From: a virus
Strand: one strand, 5' to 3'
Virus record (IMG/VR): IMGVR_UViG_3300015259_000005
Coordinates: 1,244-65,243 of that record
DNA: 64,000 bases
Made by a program: the position numbers and the translations under genes. Below, piece after piece: positions 35,795 to 45,745 of the stretch (position 1 is its first letter; each line of letters starts with the position of its first letter). The notes below the pieces were generated by a model. That model saw only the letters and a list, made by a program, of their open reading frames with translations. It was not told the DNA's origin and searched no databases.

Positions 35795-36409
35795 ATGGCA
35801 GGTGATCGAGAGACGATCCTGACGAAGTACGCGCGGCTCAGCTTTCCCACGTTGGCGAAGGCTCGCGAGTACAAGAAGGGCGACAAGGCGAAGTTCAGCG
35901 CCACCCTTCTGTTCCCCAAGCCCGAGCTCGTCACGGGCGTGCGCGCAGACGGAAAGCCCGTCTCGCCGTGGAAGGACGTGAGCAAGCACGACCTCACCGA
36001 GCTTCGCGGTGTGGTGGATCGGTTCGTGGCCGACACGTGGCCGAAGTCCGACAAGCGCCCCAAGCTCCGGCTGCCGTTCAAGGACGGCGACGACGAGAAG
36101 TGGGACGGCTACGAGGGCAACATCTTCGTGCGCACCACGTCGATCCGCATGCCTCTCCTGATCGACGCCCAGAAGAACGAGATTTCGGGTGACGACATCG
36201 AGAAGCTGTTCTACCCGGGCTGCTGGGTGCGGGCGAGCGTGAGCCCGTTCGATTACAACGAGACGGGGAACGTGGGCGTGAGCCTCGGTCTTCGCGCGTT
36301 GCAATTCATCCGGCACGACGAGACGTTCTCCGGCAAGGTGACCGCCGATTCGTTCGACGCGATCCCGGAGGCCGACATCGCGCCCGACGATCTGGACGGA
36401 CTCGAGTAG
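35795..36409 (+). CDS. single-stranded DNA-binding protein (DUF2815)
   Basis: RLSFP.L, KFSATLL, LPFKDGD, FYPGC.VRA, GVS.GL..LQF; acidic tail. Confidence 0.88.
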   Translation: MAGDRETILTKYARLSFPTLAKAREYKKGDKAKFSATLLFPKPELVTGVRADGKPVSPWKDVSKHDLTELRGVVDRFVADTWPKSDKRPKLRLPFKDGDDEKWDGYEGNIFVRTTSIRMPLLIDAQKNEISGDDIEKLFYPGCWVRASVSPFDYNETGNVGVSLGLRALQFIRHDETFSGKVTADSFDAIPEADIAPDDLDGLE

Positions 36410-36423
36410 ACCCTTACGACCGC

Positions 36424-36912
36424 GTGTTGGCCCGTGCGCGGGGGAAGGCGGTTGTCTCCCGAGGCGACCTAACGGGCCCCTTGATTCGTGAACCCCGGCC
36501 GGAGTGGGCAACGTCGAAACCCCCTCCTAGCGACTACGCCCCCGGCCGGGGCATCTTTCACCGCGGAGCCACGATGATCCTGTTCGCCCACGACGATCTC
36601 TGGCCGCTGTTCTACACCGGCCGGTGCCGCGCGATCCCGATGCCGGCGTTGTCGAACCAGGGCCCGGCGATCCCGTTCGTCGGGCAAGGCGCCGTGCAGG
36701 GGATCACCGGCCATCGCATCGAAGGCATCTTCATCAACCGAGTCGTGCTCACGACCGTTGCGCTGCTGACGCCACAGGACGCGAAGGACGCGGGGTTCCT
36801 GAACCTGGGCGAGCTCCTCACTTACATGCGGCACTTCGACGCCGCGATCAGCGAAGAGACGCCCGTATTCCTCGCGCACTTTGCGCGGGTGATCCAAGGG
36901 GAGAAGGCATGA
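36424..36912 (+). CDS. ASCH-like protein (start uncertain)
   Basis: LT..DAKDAGF..L.EL C-terminal motif. Confidence 0.4.
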   Translation: MLARARGKAVVSRGDLTGPLIREPRPEWATSKPPPSDYAPGRGIFHRGATMILFAHDDLWPLFYTGRCRAIPMPALSNQGPAIPFVGQGAVQGITGHRIEGIFINRVVLTTVALLTPQDAKDAGFLNLGELLTYMRHFDAAISEETPVFLAHFARVIQGEKA

Positions 36913-37331
36913 CCGACATCGACTCCTCCAGCGATTTCACTCGGGCGCTGACGCCCGAGCGGCTCGACGCCGACAAACGCAAGGCGCAGAGCGCCGGCCT
37001 GACCGTCGTCGAGCCGGACGATTTTACCCTGCTGATCGACCTCGACGGCCCGGAGGGCTACGCGCAATTCGAGCGAGTGTTCCCGCGCGCCGCCGAGCTC
37101 TTCGGTCTGACCATCTCGGATCGCTGGCCGTCGAAGAGCGGCGAGCTATATCACGAGCACGTGGTCGTGTCGGTCACGGATCACGGGCCGCTCGACGTGA
37201 CGACGCGGGTCGCCCTTCAGTCGATCCTCGGCTCGGACCCGGTGCGGGAGTTGCTCGCGCTGAAGCGGTTCGAGAACGGGGTCGCGGAGCCGTCAACGCT
37301 GTTCAAGCCGACGGTAGTGGAGCAGTCATGA
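36909..37331 (+). CDS. conserved hypothetical protein
   Basis: LLIDLD, SKSG..H.H, LQ..LGSDP.RE. Confidence 0.6.
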   Translation: MTDIDSSSDFTRALTPERLDADKRKAQSAGLTVVEPDDFTLLIDLDGPEGYAQFERVFPRAAELFGLTISDRWPSKSGELYHEHVVVSVTDHGPLDVTTRVALQSILGSDPVRELLALKRFENGVAEPSTLFKPTVVEQS

Positions 37332-37867
37332 AGACGGTCTACCTCGCGGGCCCGATATCGGGCGTCTCGTACAACGGCTGCACGGAGTGGCGGGAAGGCG
37401 TGCGCCGCGCGTTCGCTCCCGGCATCCTCGGGCTGTCGCCGATGCGCGCAAAGGACTATCTCGCCGAGCTCGGCACGATCCCCGACGCGGCGAACTCCGA
37501 CTATCAGGTGGAGCACCCGATGGTGAAGGTGTTGTCGAGCTCGCGTGGCATCATGTCGCGCGACTACTATGACTGCACGCATGCGGACATGGTGCTCGCG
37601 AACCTGCTGGGCGCCACGTCCGTGTCGATCGGTACGGTGATGGAGATGGCGTGGTGCTTCGGGCACCGCGTGCCGCTCGTCGTCGCGATCGAGCCGGAGA
37701 ACAATCTGCACGAGCACCCCATGGTGCGGGAGGCGATCAGCTTCCGCGTGCCGACGCTGGAGCAGGCCGTTCACGTCGTGAACGCCGTGCTTGGCGACTA
37801 CGTGAACGACCCGAACGGCCTCGCGCGCGTGCGCCGGCTGCTCGAGCTCGAGCCGGTGATCGACTGA
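37328..37867 (+). CDS. nucleoside 2-deoxyribosyltransferase-like protein
   Basis: VYLAGPI, D.....D, SIGT.ME.A. Confidence 0.8.
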   Translation: MKTVYLAGPISGVSYNGCTEWREGVRRAFAPGILGLSPMRAKDYLAELGTIPDAANSDYQVEHPMVKVLSSSRGIMSRDYYDCTHADMVLANLLGATSVSIGTVMEMAWCFGHRVPLVVAIEPENNLHEHPMVREAISFRVPTLEQAVHVVNAVLGDYVNDPNGLARVRRLLELEPVID

Positions 37868-38514
37868 TGCCGTACATCTCTCAGGCACGCCGCGCCGCGC
37901 TCGACGCGCGTATCGAGGCGGTTCAAGCCGCTCTCGCCAAGCTCGGCTTGTCCGAGGGTGATCTGAACTACGTGGTGTCTCGGCTCGCCGGGTACTACTT
38001 CCGCGCCGAACCCAGCTATCACACGATCGCGCGGGTGCGCGGCGCCCTGATGGACGCGGCGGACGAGTTCTACCGGCGTCTCGCCGTGGGGTACGAGAAG
38101 CGGAAGCGCGAGCAGAACGGCGACGTGCCCGAGTATGCCCCGCCGCGCAAGCTCGCGCCGCTGTCGCTGACGTTCCCGAACCATCCCGTGATGCCGACGA
38201 AGCCGGCGCACTTCGACTGCGCGCCGCGCGAAAGGGTCGAACTCGGAGAGGGTAGCTCGCTGCGCGCGTTCGAGCTTGCCTCCCTCGAGCACAGCCCGCA
38301 GCGCGTGCTCGGGCACCCGAGCTCGGAGTGCGCCGAGCAGCACTGCACGTTGCACAACCGCAGCAACCATCACATGCGCGCGTGGCCGCAACTGTGGCGT
38401 GACGACGCGCAGTTGATGGAGCGCACGTGCCCCCACGGCGTCGGTCACCCCGACCCCGACGACCTCAAGGCCGCCGAGTACCGGCACGGCTGCGACGGGT
38501 GCTGCCGGCCGTGA
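37867..38514 (+). CDS. two-domain conserved phage protein
   Basis: MPYI..R...G.LNY...E.YRR....YE..K...NGDV plus ERTCPHGVGHPDPD. Confidence 0.65.
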   Translation: MPYISQARRAALDARIEAVQAALAKLGLSEGDLNYVVSRLAGYYFRAEPSYHTIARVRGALMDAADEFYRRLAVGYEKRKREQNGDVPEYAPPRKLAPLSLTFPNHPVMPTKPAHFDCAPRERVELGEGSSLRAFELASLEHSPQRVLGHPSSECAEQHCTLHNRSNHHMRAWPQLWRDDAQLMERTCPHGVGHPDPDDLKAAEYRHGCDGCCRP

Positions 38515-40625
38515 TCTTCATGGACTTCGAGACGCGCTCGGCCGCGGAACTTCGGCAGGTGGGAACCTACCGTTATGCCCGCGACGCGAGCACGGACATC
38601 CTCTGCCTCTGCTGGACGTGGGACGACGACCCGCGCGTTTGGCTGTGGACGCCGGGCTTCGAGGATCTCTCGCCGTTGCAGGTGGTGAAGCGCGCCGACC
38701 GCCGGCCGCGCCACGACATCGCTCGCTCGCCGGACCCGACGGAGCTCTGGGAGCGGATCCTCCTCGGCGAGACAGTTGAGGCGCACAACGCATTCTTCGA
38801 GCGCAACATCTGGGACGCGATCATGGTCCCGCGCTACGGGTTCCCCGCCGTCGAGCACGAGCAGTGGCAGTGTTCCGCGGCGATCGCCGCGTCGTTCGCT
38901 ATGCGCCGCAAGCTCGAGCACGTCGCCATGGACCTCAACTGCTCGGAGCAGAAGGACATGGACGGCCACCGGCTGATGAAGAAACTCAGCACGCCGCGGC
39001 GCCCGACGAAGCGCGACCCCGACTCGCAGTGGCACCAGAGCCGGCGCGATCTGCTACGAGTGTTCCGCTACTGCGCGCAGGACGTGCGCGCCGAACGCGC
39101 GGTGTCGAACGCGCTGCGTCCGCTCAAGGACCGCGAGCTCGAGGTGTGGCGGCTCGACCAGACGATCAACCTGCGCGGACTGCACCTCGACCGGCCTCTC
39201 GTCGAGAAAGCGCTCGAGGTCGGCGCGGCGGCCGAGGCCGAAGCACAGGCGCGACTCAAAGCCATCACGCGCGACGAAGTCGACAAGACGACGAAGCGCG
39301 GCGCGTTCAAGGAATGGCTGCGTGGCGAAGGCATCACGATCCCGACCAAGCTCGTCAAAGAGATCGACGACGAGGGCGAAGAGTCGATGGTCGAGAAAGA
39401 GACGATCGGCGCGGAGCACCTGCGCGGGATCCTTTCGGGCGCTGGTCTGCCGCCGCACGTCGCGCAGGCGATCGAGATTTGGATCGGCGTCAACAAGACG
39501 AGCACGAAGAAATACGCCGCGATGATGAACCGGCTGTCCGCCGACGACCGCGTGCGCGAGATCCTCCGCTATTGGGCGGCGACGACGGGCCGCTGGGGCG
39601 GCCTCGGGATTCAGCCGCAAAACTTCCCGCGCAACTGCCCGAAGCCGAAAGAGATGGAGCGGATCTGCGACGATCTCAAGCTCTACGGCTACGACGACAT
39701 GGCGATGATGTACGGCGCCGAGAACCTGATGGTGCTGCTCTCGCGCATCCTGCGTGGCGCGATCACCGCGGCGCCGGGTCACGAGCTCGTGGCGGCCGAC
39801 TACTCCGCGATCGAGGCGCGCGGCACGTTCTGGATCGCCGGCGACGAAGGCGGACTCGAGGCGTTCCGCCAGATCGACTCGGGCGCGTGGCCGGGCCAGG
39901 ACATTTACACCTGGGAAGCGTCGAAGTTCGTCGGACGCACCGTATACAAGTCCGACGAGTTCGAGCGGCAGGTGTGGGGCAAAGTGCCGATCCTCGGGTG
40001 CGGCTACCAGATGGGCCCGCCGAAGCTGGTCGCATACGCCGGTGGCATGGGCATCGACATCACGTCGCAGCAGGCCGAGACGATCGTGTACGGCTATCGC
40101 AACGAGCACTGGCAGGTAAAAGAGTTCTGGTACGAGGCCGAGCGCTGCGCGCAGCTTGCGATCACGCGGGGCTCGAAGGCCGCGCCCGTCGAAATGGCGG
40201 ACGGCCGAATCAAGTGGGCGGTGCGCGGCGGCTTCCTGCACTGCCGACTCCCGAGCGGGCGGCTGCTTTCGTACTTCCGTCCGCAACTCGAGTGGGACGC
40301 CGACTTCGGGCGGATGAAGATCACGTTCACCGGCTACGCGACCTACAAGCCGGGCCTCTGGACGCGCACCTCGACGTACGGCGGCAAGCTCACCGAGAAC
40401 ATCGTGCAGGCCCTCTGCCGCGACATCATGCGCGACGCGATGCTGCGCGCGGAGGCCGGCGGCTATCCGATCGTGCTCACCGTTCACGACGAAGTCGTGT
40501 CCGAAATCCGCGAGGGCGAAGGCGACCTCGCCGAGTTCAAGGGGCTGCTCGCCCAACAGCCCGAGTGGGCCGAGGGCTTCCCCATTGCCGTCGATGGCTG
40601 GCGGCGCCGGAGGTACGGGAAATGA
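38511..40625 (+). CDS. DNA polymerase family A with 3'-5' exonuclease
   Basis: DFETRS, AHNAFFE, YCAQDV, TGRW...QPQN, DYSAIEAR, K..ILG.GY.MG, ENIVQ, VHDE. Confidence 0.95.
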   Translation: MIFMDFETRSAAELRQVGTYRYARDASTDILCLCWTWDDDPRVWLWTPGFEDLSPLQVVKRADRRPRHDIARSPDPTELWERILLGETVEAHNAFFERNIWDAIMVPRYGFPAVEHEQWQCSAAIAASFAMRRKLEHVAMDLNCSEQKDMDGHRLMKKLSTPRRPTKRDPDSQWHQSRRDLLRVFRYCAQDVRAERAVSNALRPLKDRELEVWRLDQTINLRGLHLDRPLVEKALEVGAAAEAEAQARLKAITRDEVDKTTKRGAFKEWLRGEGITIPTKLVKEIDDEGEESMVEKETIGAEHLRGILSGAGLPPHVAQAIEIWIGVNKTSTKKYAAMMNRLSADDRVREILRYWAATTGRWGGLGIQPQNFPRNCPKPKEMERICDDLKLYGYDDMAMMYGAENLMVLLSRILRGAITAAPGHELVAADYSAIEARGTFWIAGDEGGLEAFRQIDSGAWPGQDIYTWEASKFVGRTVYKSDEFERQVWGKVPILGCGYQMGPPKLVAYAGGMGIDITSQQAETIVYGYRNEHWQVKEFWYEAERCAQLAITRGSKAAPVEMADGRIKWAVRGGFLHCRLPSGRLLSYFRPQLEWDADFGRMKITFTGYATYKPGLWTRTSTYGGKLTENIVQALCRDIMRDAMLRAEAGGYPIVLTVHDEVVSEIREGEGDLAEFKGLLAQQPEWAEGFPIAVDGWRRRRYGK

Positions 40626-41005
40626 CAGACCGAGAAGAGGCGCGCGAGCGCGATCTGTTCAACGCGGCACGAGGGCTCGACTGGCTCTCCGAGCACGTTC
40701 ACGCTGGCAACATCGAGCGAGGGTTCTTCGAGGACCGCGACCCCAAGAACACACACCATCTTCTCGCGATGCACATGCTGATCGTGACCGAGCTCGCCGA
40801 GCTCACCGAGGCGGTGCGCGCACGAGTGCCCGCGGAGTCGGAGCACATCCCGGAGTTTACCTCCGAAGAGGAAGAGCTCGCCGACGCGGTGATACGCTGC
40901 CTCGACTACGCGGCGTTTCGTCGATTGCGGCTCGGGCAGGCGGTAGTCGCCAAACTCGCGTTCAACGCGACACGCGGGCACCGGCACGGAGGGAAGCGCG
41001 CGTGA
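40622..41005 (+). CDS. MazG-like nucleotide pyrophosphohydrolase
   Basis: LIVTELAE..EA.R...EEELADAVIRCLD...K..FN..R...HGGK. Confidence 0.85.
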   Translation: MTDREEARERDLFNAARGLDWLSEHVHAGNIERGFFEDRDPKNTHHLLAMHMLIVTELAELTEAVRARVPAESEHIPEFTSEEEELADAVIRCLDYAAFRRLRLGQAVVAKLAFNATRGHRHGGKRA

Positions 41006-41493
41006 TTCAATACATCCGACGGTGGATGCACGAACGGAGCTCGGCGAAGATGGTGCGGCGCAACGGCGAGGACTACCTCGAGCGCTTCTACATCTTCTCG
41101 CTGCTCGGCTTCAAGGTCTTCTACCACGTGTTCCACATGGACGACCCGGATCCGTTGCACGATCATCCGTGGGACTGGGGCCGGATCATTCTGCGCGGTC
41201 GCTACGAAGAGACGCGCGCGACGCCGGCGTCCGATGGCAAGCTCCACGCCTTTCGCACCGCCACGTATGGGCCGGGCGACGTGGTGAGTCGGCGCAGCGC
41301 TACGGACGCGCACCGGGTTCGGATCGCCGAGGGCCCCGTTCACACGATCTTCTGGCACTGGCGCCGACAACGTGTGTGGGGCTTCTACAACCCGACCGGC
41401 TGGGAAGCGACGAGAGAAGAGGGTCAAGACGGGCGGAAGATGAAGGGCATCTTTCTCCCCCGAAAGATCGGGCAGGCGCCCGGGGAGGCTTGA
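41002..41493 (+). CDS. cupin-like protein
   Basis: YLER..., LHDHPW....L.G.Y.E, HR, WGF. Confidence 0.7.
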   Translation: MIQYIRRWMHERSSAKMVRRNGEDYLERFYIFSLLGFKVFYHVFHMDDPDPLHDHPWDWGRIILRGRYEETRATPASDGKLHAFRTATYGPGDVVSRRSATDAHRVRIAEGPVHTIFWHWRRQRVWGFYNPTGWEATREEGQDGRKMKGIFLPRKIGQAPGEA

Positions 41494-41494
41494 G

Positions 41495-41695
41495 ATGAAA
41501 CGATTCGAGATCGGATGGAAGAGCGGCGAGGTGGAGTTGATCGACGGAGACGTGATCCAGCCGGCGGGCGGCGCGGTCGCGGTTCTGCGCGCGAGTGCCG
41601 CGGTCACCGCGCAGGGGCAAGCGTCCCTGGAGTTGATCAAGCTGATCAACTTCGATTCGGTCCACTACATCGAGAAGGTGGAAGTCCTCAACTAG
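41495..41695 (+). CDS. hypothetical protein
   Basis: 66 aa; GGAGG RBS. Confidence 0.55.
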   Translation: MKRFEIGWKSGEVELIDGDVIQPAGGAVAVLRASAAVTAQGQASLELIKLINFDSVHYIEKVEVLN

Positions 41696-41696
41696 C

Positions 41697-42077
41697 ATGG
41701 GTGTCGTGGAGCTCTATACCGACACGCTTCGCGACGCGGACGAGGCGCTGCGCCGAGAGCACGAGTGGCTCTCGGCGCGCGTCGACTCCATCGCGGAGCT
41801 CATGGCCGGCAGGCGGTTCAATCCCGAATTGCTGGCCGAGGCGCAGCGACGCTACCGGCTCTGGGCCGAGGAGCGGACGTGGTTCACCCGCGAGACGGGC
41901 TCCATCACATTCGAGGAGGTATGTCAGCACGTCGGTGCCGACATAGATGCAGCCCGCGCAGCGCGGGCCAAGTATTACGCGCTCCCGTTCTCGGGCGCGC
42001 TGTTCAGGATCAGATGCGAGAATACACAGTCGAAGACGAACTCGTCCGGGAAGGGCGCCGCCGGGGCGTCTGGGTGA
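41697..42077 (+). CDS. hypothetical protein
   Basis: W....G.ITFEEVC..G.D pattern. Confidence 0.55.
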   Translation: MGVVELYTDTLRDADEALRREHEWLSARVDSIAELMAGRRFNPELLAEAQRRYRLWAEERTWFTRETGSITFEEVCQHVGADIDAARAARAKYYALPFSGALFRIRCENTQSKTNSSGKGAAGASG

Positions 42078-42289
42078 TCAAGTCCGAGACGCTCTACACG
42101 GGCTTCCCCGATCGGCTGCTGCTCGCGCCGCAGGGCCGCTTCGCGCTCGTCGAGCTCAAGGCGCCCGGCGGTGCGCTTCGCAAGGGGCAGGTGATCGTAT
42201 GCGGCTGGCTGGCTAAGCTCGGCTTCACGGTCCACGTGCTCGATCACCCGACGAAGGTGCAGGAGTTCTATCGCCGATGGCTGGACTAA
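42014..42289 (+). CDS. VRR-NUC domain nuclease
   Basis: E..VE..LV, GFPDRL, VELKAP.G...Q, GF.V.V.D. Confidence 0.85.
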   Translation: MREYTVEDELVREGRRRGVWVIKSETLYTGFPDRLLLAPQGRFALVELKAPGGALRKGQVIVCGWLAKLGFTVHVLDHPTKVQEFYRRWLD

Positions 42290-43713
42290 CGCTGCACGGC
42301 TATCAGGAGCGCGCGGTCGGTGAGGTGATGGCTGACCCGTTCCACGCGCTATTCATGGATCCCGGCCTCGGGAAGACGGCGATCTCGCTCACCGCGTTCA
42401 CGCGGCTGCGCAACGAGCTCGACGTGTGCAAGCTGCTCGTGATCGCCCCGCTGCGGGTGTGCTACGGCGTGTGGCCGGAAGAGGCGCGGATTTGGGACGA
42501 GTTCAAGCACCTGAAGGTCCGGCACCTGACGACGCACATGGACCTCGATTGCGACGCCGACATCTACACGATCAACCCCGAGCGTCTGTCGTGGTTGTTC
42601 GGCCGGCAGGACGAAGTCACCGAGTACAAGCGCCCGAAGACGGTGTGGCGCGCGGGCCCGTGGAAGGACTGGAAGGGCCGCCCGGACATGCTCGTGGTCG
42701 ACGAGAGCTCGCGGTTCAAAACCTCGACGGGCGTGCGCACCAAGACGGTGAAGCGCTACATCGGCGACTTCGGTCGACGGCTTGCCATGACTGGCACGCC
42801 GGCGGCGAACGGCGTCATGGGGCTGCACGGCCAGATGCTTCTGGTCGATGGCGGCGCGGCGCTCGACCACCGCATCACGTACTTCCAGAAGCGTTATTTC
42901 GACCACGAGATGGTCGGCGGCGCGCGCAAGTTCCCGAAGTTCACGCTGAAGGACGGCGCGCACGACAAGATCATGGCCGCGATCGCGCCGCGTGTCACCG
43001 TGCTGCGGGCCGAGGACTGGCTCAAGCTGCCGGAGTTCATGTACCACGACGTGGTGATCCCGCTCGAGCAGCGCATCGGCATCGCACTCACCGAGCTCGA
43101 GCACGAGGCAGCGACGGAGATCGACGACATCGAGTTGATCAACGACGGCCCGGCGCTGACGAAGATCCGGCAGTTGGTGAACGGCATCGTCTACGAGACT
43201 TCGCCGTTCACGGATCCGTCCAAGCGGAAGTGGAAGGTCGTTCACCGCGAGAAGCTGAACGCGCTGACCGAGCTCCTCGACGAGATCGGCAAGCCGGCCA
43301 TCGTGACGTACGAGTTCCTGTGCGAGCGCGAGGAGATCGTCAAGACGCTGCGGGCCGAGGGCTTCCGCGTCGCCATCATCGGCGGCGGGATCTCCGCGCG
43401 CGAGGGCGCCGAGGCCGAGCGCGCATGGAACGCGGGCGAGCTCGACGTGCTGCTCGTGCATCCCGCGGCCGCGGGCCACGGCCTGAACCTTCAGCGCGGC
43501 GGTCACTGCGTGATCTGGTTCGCGCCGATCTGGGATCTCGAGCTCTACCAGCAGTTGAACGGCCGCGTTCGACGGCAGGGGCAGGAGTCGGACAAGGTGT
43601 TCGTGTACCATCTCGTCGGGCGAGGGACGCCCGATCGACGGGTCGCGCGGGTGCTTCGGCAGAAAGACGCTACACAGGAAAGCGTCTTCGATGCGCTGAA
43701 GCGGGAGGAGTAG
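42277..43713 (+). CDS. SNF2-family helicase
   Basis: YQ, DPGLGKT, VDES, TGTP, GHGLNLQ, Q..GRV.RQGQ. Confidence 0.92.
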   Translation: MAGLTLHGYQERAVGEVMADPFHALFMDPGLGKTAISLTAFTRLRNELDVCKLLVIAPLRVCYGVWPEEARIWDEFKHLKVRHLTTHMDLDCDADIYTINPERLSWLFGRQDEVTEYKRPKTVWRAGPWKDWKGRPDMLVVDESSRFKTSTGVRTKTVKRYIGDFGRRLAMTGTPAANGVMGLHGQMLLVDGGAALDHRITYFQKRYFDHEMVGGARKFPKFTLKDGAHDKIMAAIAPRVTVLRAEDWLKLPEFMYHDVVIPLEQRIGIALTELEHEAATEIDDIELINDGPALTKIRQLVNGIVYETSPFTDPSKRKWKVVHREKLNALTELLDEIGKPAIVTYEFLCEREEIVKTLRAEGFRVAIIGGGISAREGAEAERAWNAGELDVLLVHPAAAGHGLNLQRGGHCVIWFAPIWDLELYQQLNGRVRRQGQESDKVFVYHLVGRGTPDRRVARVLRQKDATQESVFDALKREE

Positions 43714-43714
43714 T

Positions 43715-44296
43715 ATGTTCATCGTGGGTGTGTGCGCCGTCGCTGGCGGCGGCAAGACGACGTTCTCGGAACGGCTCCGGGACATGCACGGGTTCTCGTT
43801 CGCGAGCTTCGCGTCCCCGCTGAAGGACGACTGCGCCGAGCGGTACGGTTTCGACCGCGGGGCCCTGGACTTCGACGAGGCGGCGCGTGCGCTCGGGTAC
43901 GAGAGCTCGTTCGCGTACAAGGAAGAGTACGTGCCCGATCTCGACATGACGCGCCGGCAGGCGTTGATCCTGCGCGCAACCGAGGCGCGGGCGGCGGACC
44001 CGGACATCTACGTCAACCTGCTGATCCGCAAGCTCGAGGCGGGCGGCAAGTACGTGATCGGCGACGTGCGGTTCCGCAACGAAGTGGCCGCGATGCGCAC
44101 GGCAGGTGGCGTGCTGGTGCGGCTGTACCGGCCGTCGCGCGAGGACGTGGTGACTTCGGCGGGCGCGCACGAATCGGAGACGGAGTGGAAGACGATCGAG
44201 CCGGACTTCGCGTTCACGCCCGGCGAGGGCATCCCGCTCGTTCAGCAGGCGGCCGACGACTTCGTGGCGACGCTGCGCGCGACGGGGCGGATCTGA
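43715..44296 (+). CDS. deoxynucleoside monophosphate kinase
   Basis: GGGKT, SFA.PLK, R..L, DVRFRNE, HESE. Confidence 0.85.
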   Translation: MFIVGVCAVAGGGKTTFSERLRDMHGFSFASFASPLKDDCAERYGFDRGALDFDEAARALGYESSFAYKEEYVPDLDMTRRQALILRATEARAADPDIYVNLLIRKLEAGGKYVIGDVRFRNEVAAMRTAGGVLVRLYRPSREDVVTSAGAHESETEWKTIEPDFAFTPGEGIPLVQQAADDFVATLRATGRI

Positions 44297-44628
44297 TGGG
44301 CCGCGCAACCCGCATCGACTGCGAGCTCTGCGGCCGCGCGCCGGGCGGCGTCCACGCCGACGAGTGCCCGCGCTCGCGCGTGTCGCAGCGATCGCTGCGG
44401 CAGGAGATGGCCTCGCTCGGCCAGGGCAACGTGCTCTGGACGTTCGGAGTCCAGTCGATCCAGACGAGCGAGGGCAACAAGGTCGTGTTCAACCCGGGCG
44501 TGCCCTACGTCGACCAGTCGACCGGGCGCGCGTGGAACGCCGGCGGCGTGCCGGCCGACATGGACGCGAAGATCGAGGTGTTCAACCGAGCGATGCAGAA
44601 GGTCGCGCTCGTGAAGGGGGCCGTGTAA
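44296..44628 (+). CDS. hypothetical protein with N-terminal Cys/His motif
   Basis: CELC.....H...C; TGATG coupling. Confidence 0.5.
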   Translation: MGRATRIDCELCGRAPGGVHADECPRSRVSQRSLRQEMASLGQGNVLWTFGVQSIQTSEGNKVVFNPGVPYVDQSTGRAWNAGGVPADMDAKIEVFNRAMQKVALVKGAV

Positions 44629-44942
44629 TGGCGACGCAGCACGTCGTGACCGGGGTCCAGCCGAGCGTGTCGATGGCCGTCGCGCTCCAGATTCGCTACC
44701 TCGTGACCGGGCTGTTCATCGGGCCGATGTTCGGCGCGGCGTGGGGCGGGTTGCTCTGGGCGATCGCATGGTTCATCGAACACCCGGTGCCCTTCCTGCC
44801 GTGCTATGCGGCGGGCTGGCTGCTCTCGACGGTGACGTTCGCGTACGACCTTCGCACGTGGTTCTTCCCCGCCGAGCTCGAGCTCGAGGCCGTGGAGGTG
44901 ACGGACGAGCGGCCGCCGGGTCCGCCGGCATTCCAGGGCTGA
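44628..44942 (+). CDS. membrane protein
   Basis: Two hydrophobic segments. Confidence 0.55.
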   Translation: MATQHVVTGVQPSVSMAVALQIRYLVTGLFIGPMFGAAWGGLLWAIAWFIEHPVPFLPCYAAGWLLSTVTFAYDLRTWFFPAELELEAVEVTDERPPGPPAFQG

Positions 44943-44944
44943 AA

Positions 44945-44990
44945 CGCAGAAAGGCCCGGCACCCCTTTCGGGATGCCGGGCCTTCGTGTT
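44945..44990. terminator. terminator between convergent replication and late operons
   Basis: AAGGCCCGGCA/TGCCGGGCCTT stem. Confidence 0.75.
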
Positions 44991-45039
44991 AGTTGGGGCG
45001 GATCGACTCAAACCCCCTGGAGCCGACCCGCCCCGCCTG

Positions 45040-45309
45040 CTAGCTGGAGGGCGGGCCTGAACTCTCGCCAGCAGGCTTGATGCGTCGCCGAAGCTCTCGT
45101 ACGCCGGTGAAGACACCGACCCCGAGGCCGACGACGATCGACACGGCGCCCGTCACGACGACATCGGCCACTTGGCCGCACTCTTGCGCCGCAGCGGCGC
45201 CGAGCGGGCCGCCCTGCACGACGCAGAAGGCGGTCGCCGCCTGGGCCGCTAGGCCGCCAGCCGCCGCGGCGAGGCCGCCGTTGCGGATGGACGTGAGGAG
45301 CACACCCAT
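45040..45309 (-). CDS. holin-like membrane protein
   Basis: Two hydrophobic segments, basic C-terminus; lysis cassette position. Confidence 0.45.
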   Translation of the reverse strand: MGVLLTSIRNGGLAAAAGGLAAQAATAFCVVQGGPLGAAAAQECGQVADVVVTGAVSIVVGLGVGVFTGVRELRRRIKPAGESSGPPSS

Positions 45310-45310
45310 G

Positions 45311-45736
45311 CTACTGCGCCGCGCGCACGGCGGCAGCGCCGCGCACGACGAGCAGCGCGGCCTTCACGCGCTCGGGGATCTCCGCGGCCGGGATCTCCGC
45401 GCCGCGGGCCTTGGCCTCGGCGAGCACGAGCTCGAGCACGTCGGAGGCGAGCAGCTTCTCTTCCTCGTCGAGCTTCTCCCAGTCGAGCACTTCCTTCGTC
45501 AGCGCCTCGAGCGCGGCGAGGTCGAGCGTCTCCGGGAGCTCGACGGCGAGCACCTTGTCGACACCCGCCACGACTTCCGCCGCGAGCTCGGGCTTGCCGT
45601 CCAGCAGCACGAGCGTCGCGCCGCGCAGCGCGATTCGACGCGCCGCCTCGTCGGCCTCGGGGCTCGAGAAGATCGGCGTCGAGCACGCGCAGAGCGCGAG
45701 GGCCACGAGGGCGACGATCAGTTTCTTGATGTTCAT
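45311..45736 (-). CDS. lipoprotein (spanin-like)
   Basis: MNIKKLIVALVALALCAC lipobox; follows the endolysin. Confidence 0.6.
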   Translation of the reverse strand: MNIKKLIVALVALALCACSTPIFSSPEADEAARRIALRGATLVLLDGKPELAAEVVAGVDKVLAVELPETLDLAALEALTKEVLDWEKLDEEEKLLASDVLELVLAEAKARGAEIPAAEIPERVKAALLVVRGAAAVRAAQ

Positions 45737-45745
45737 CGGAGTCTC

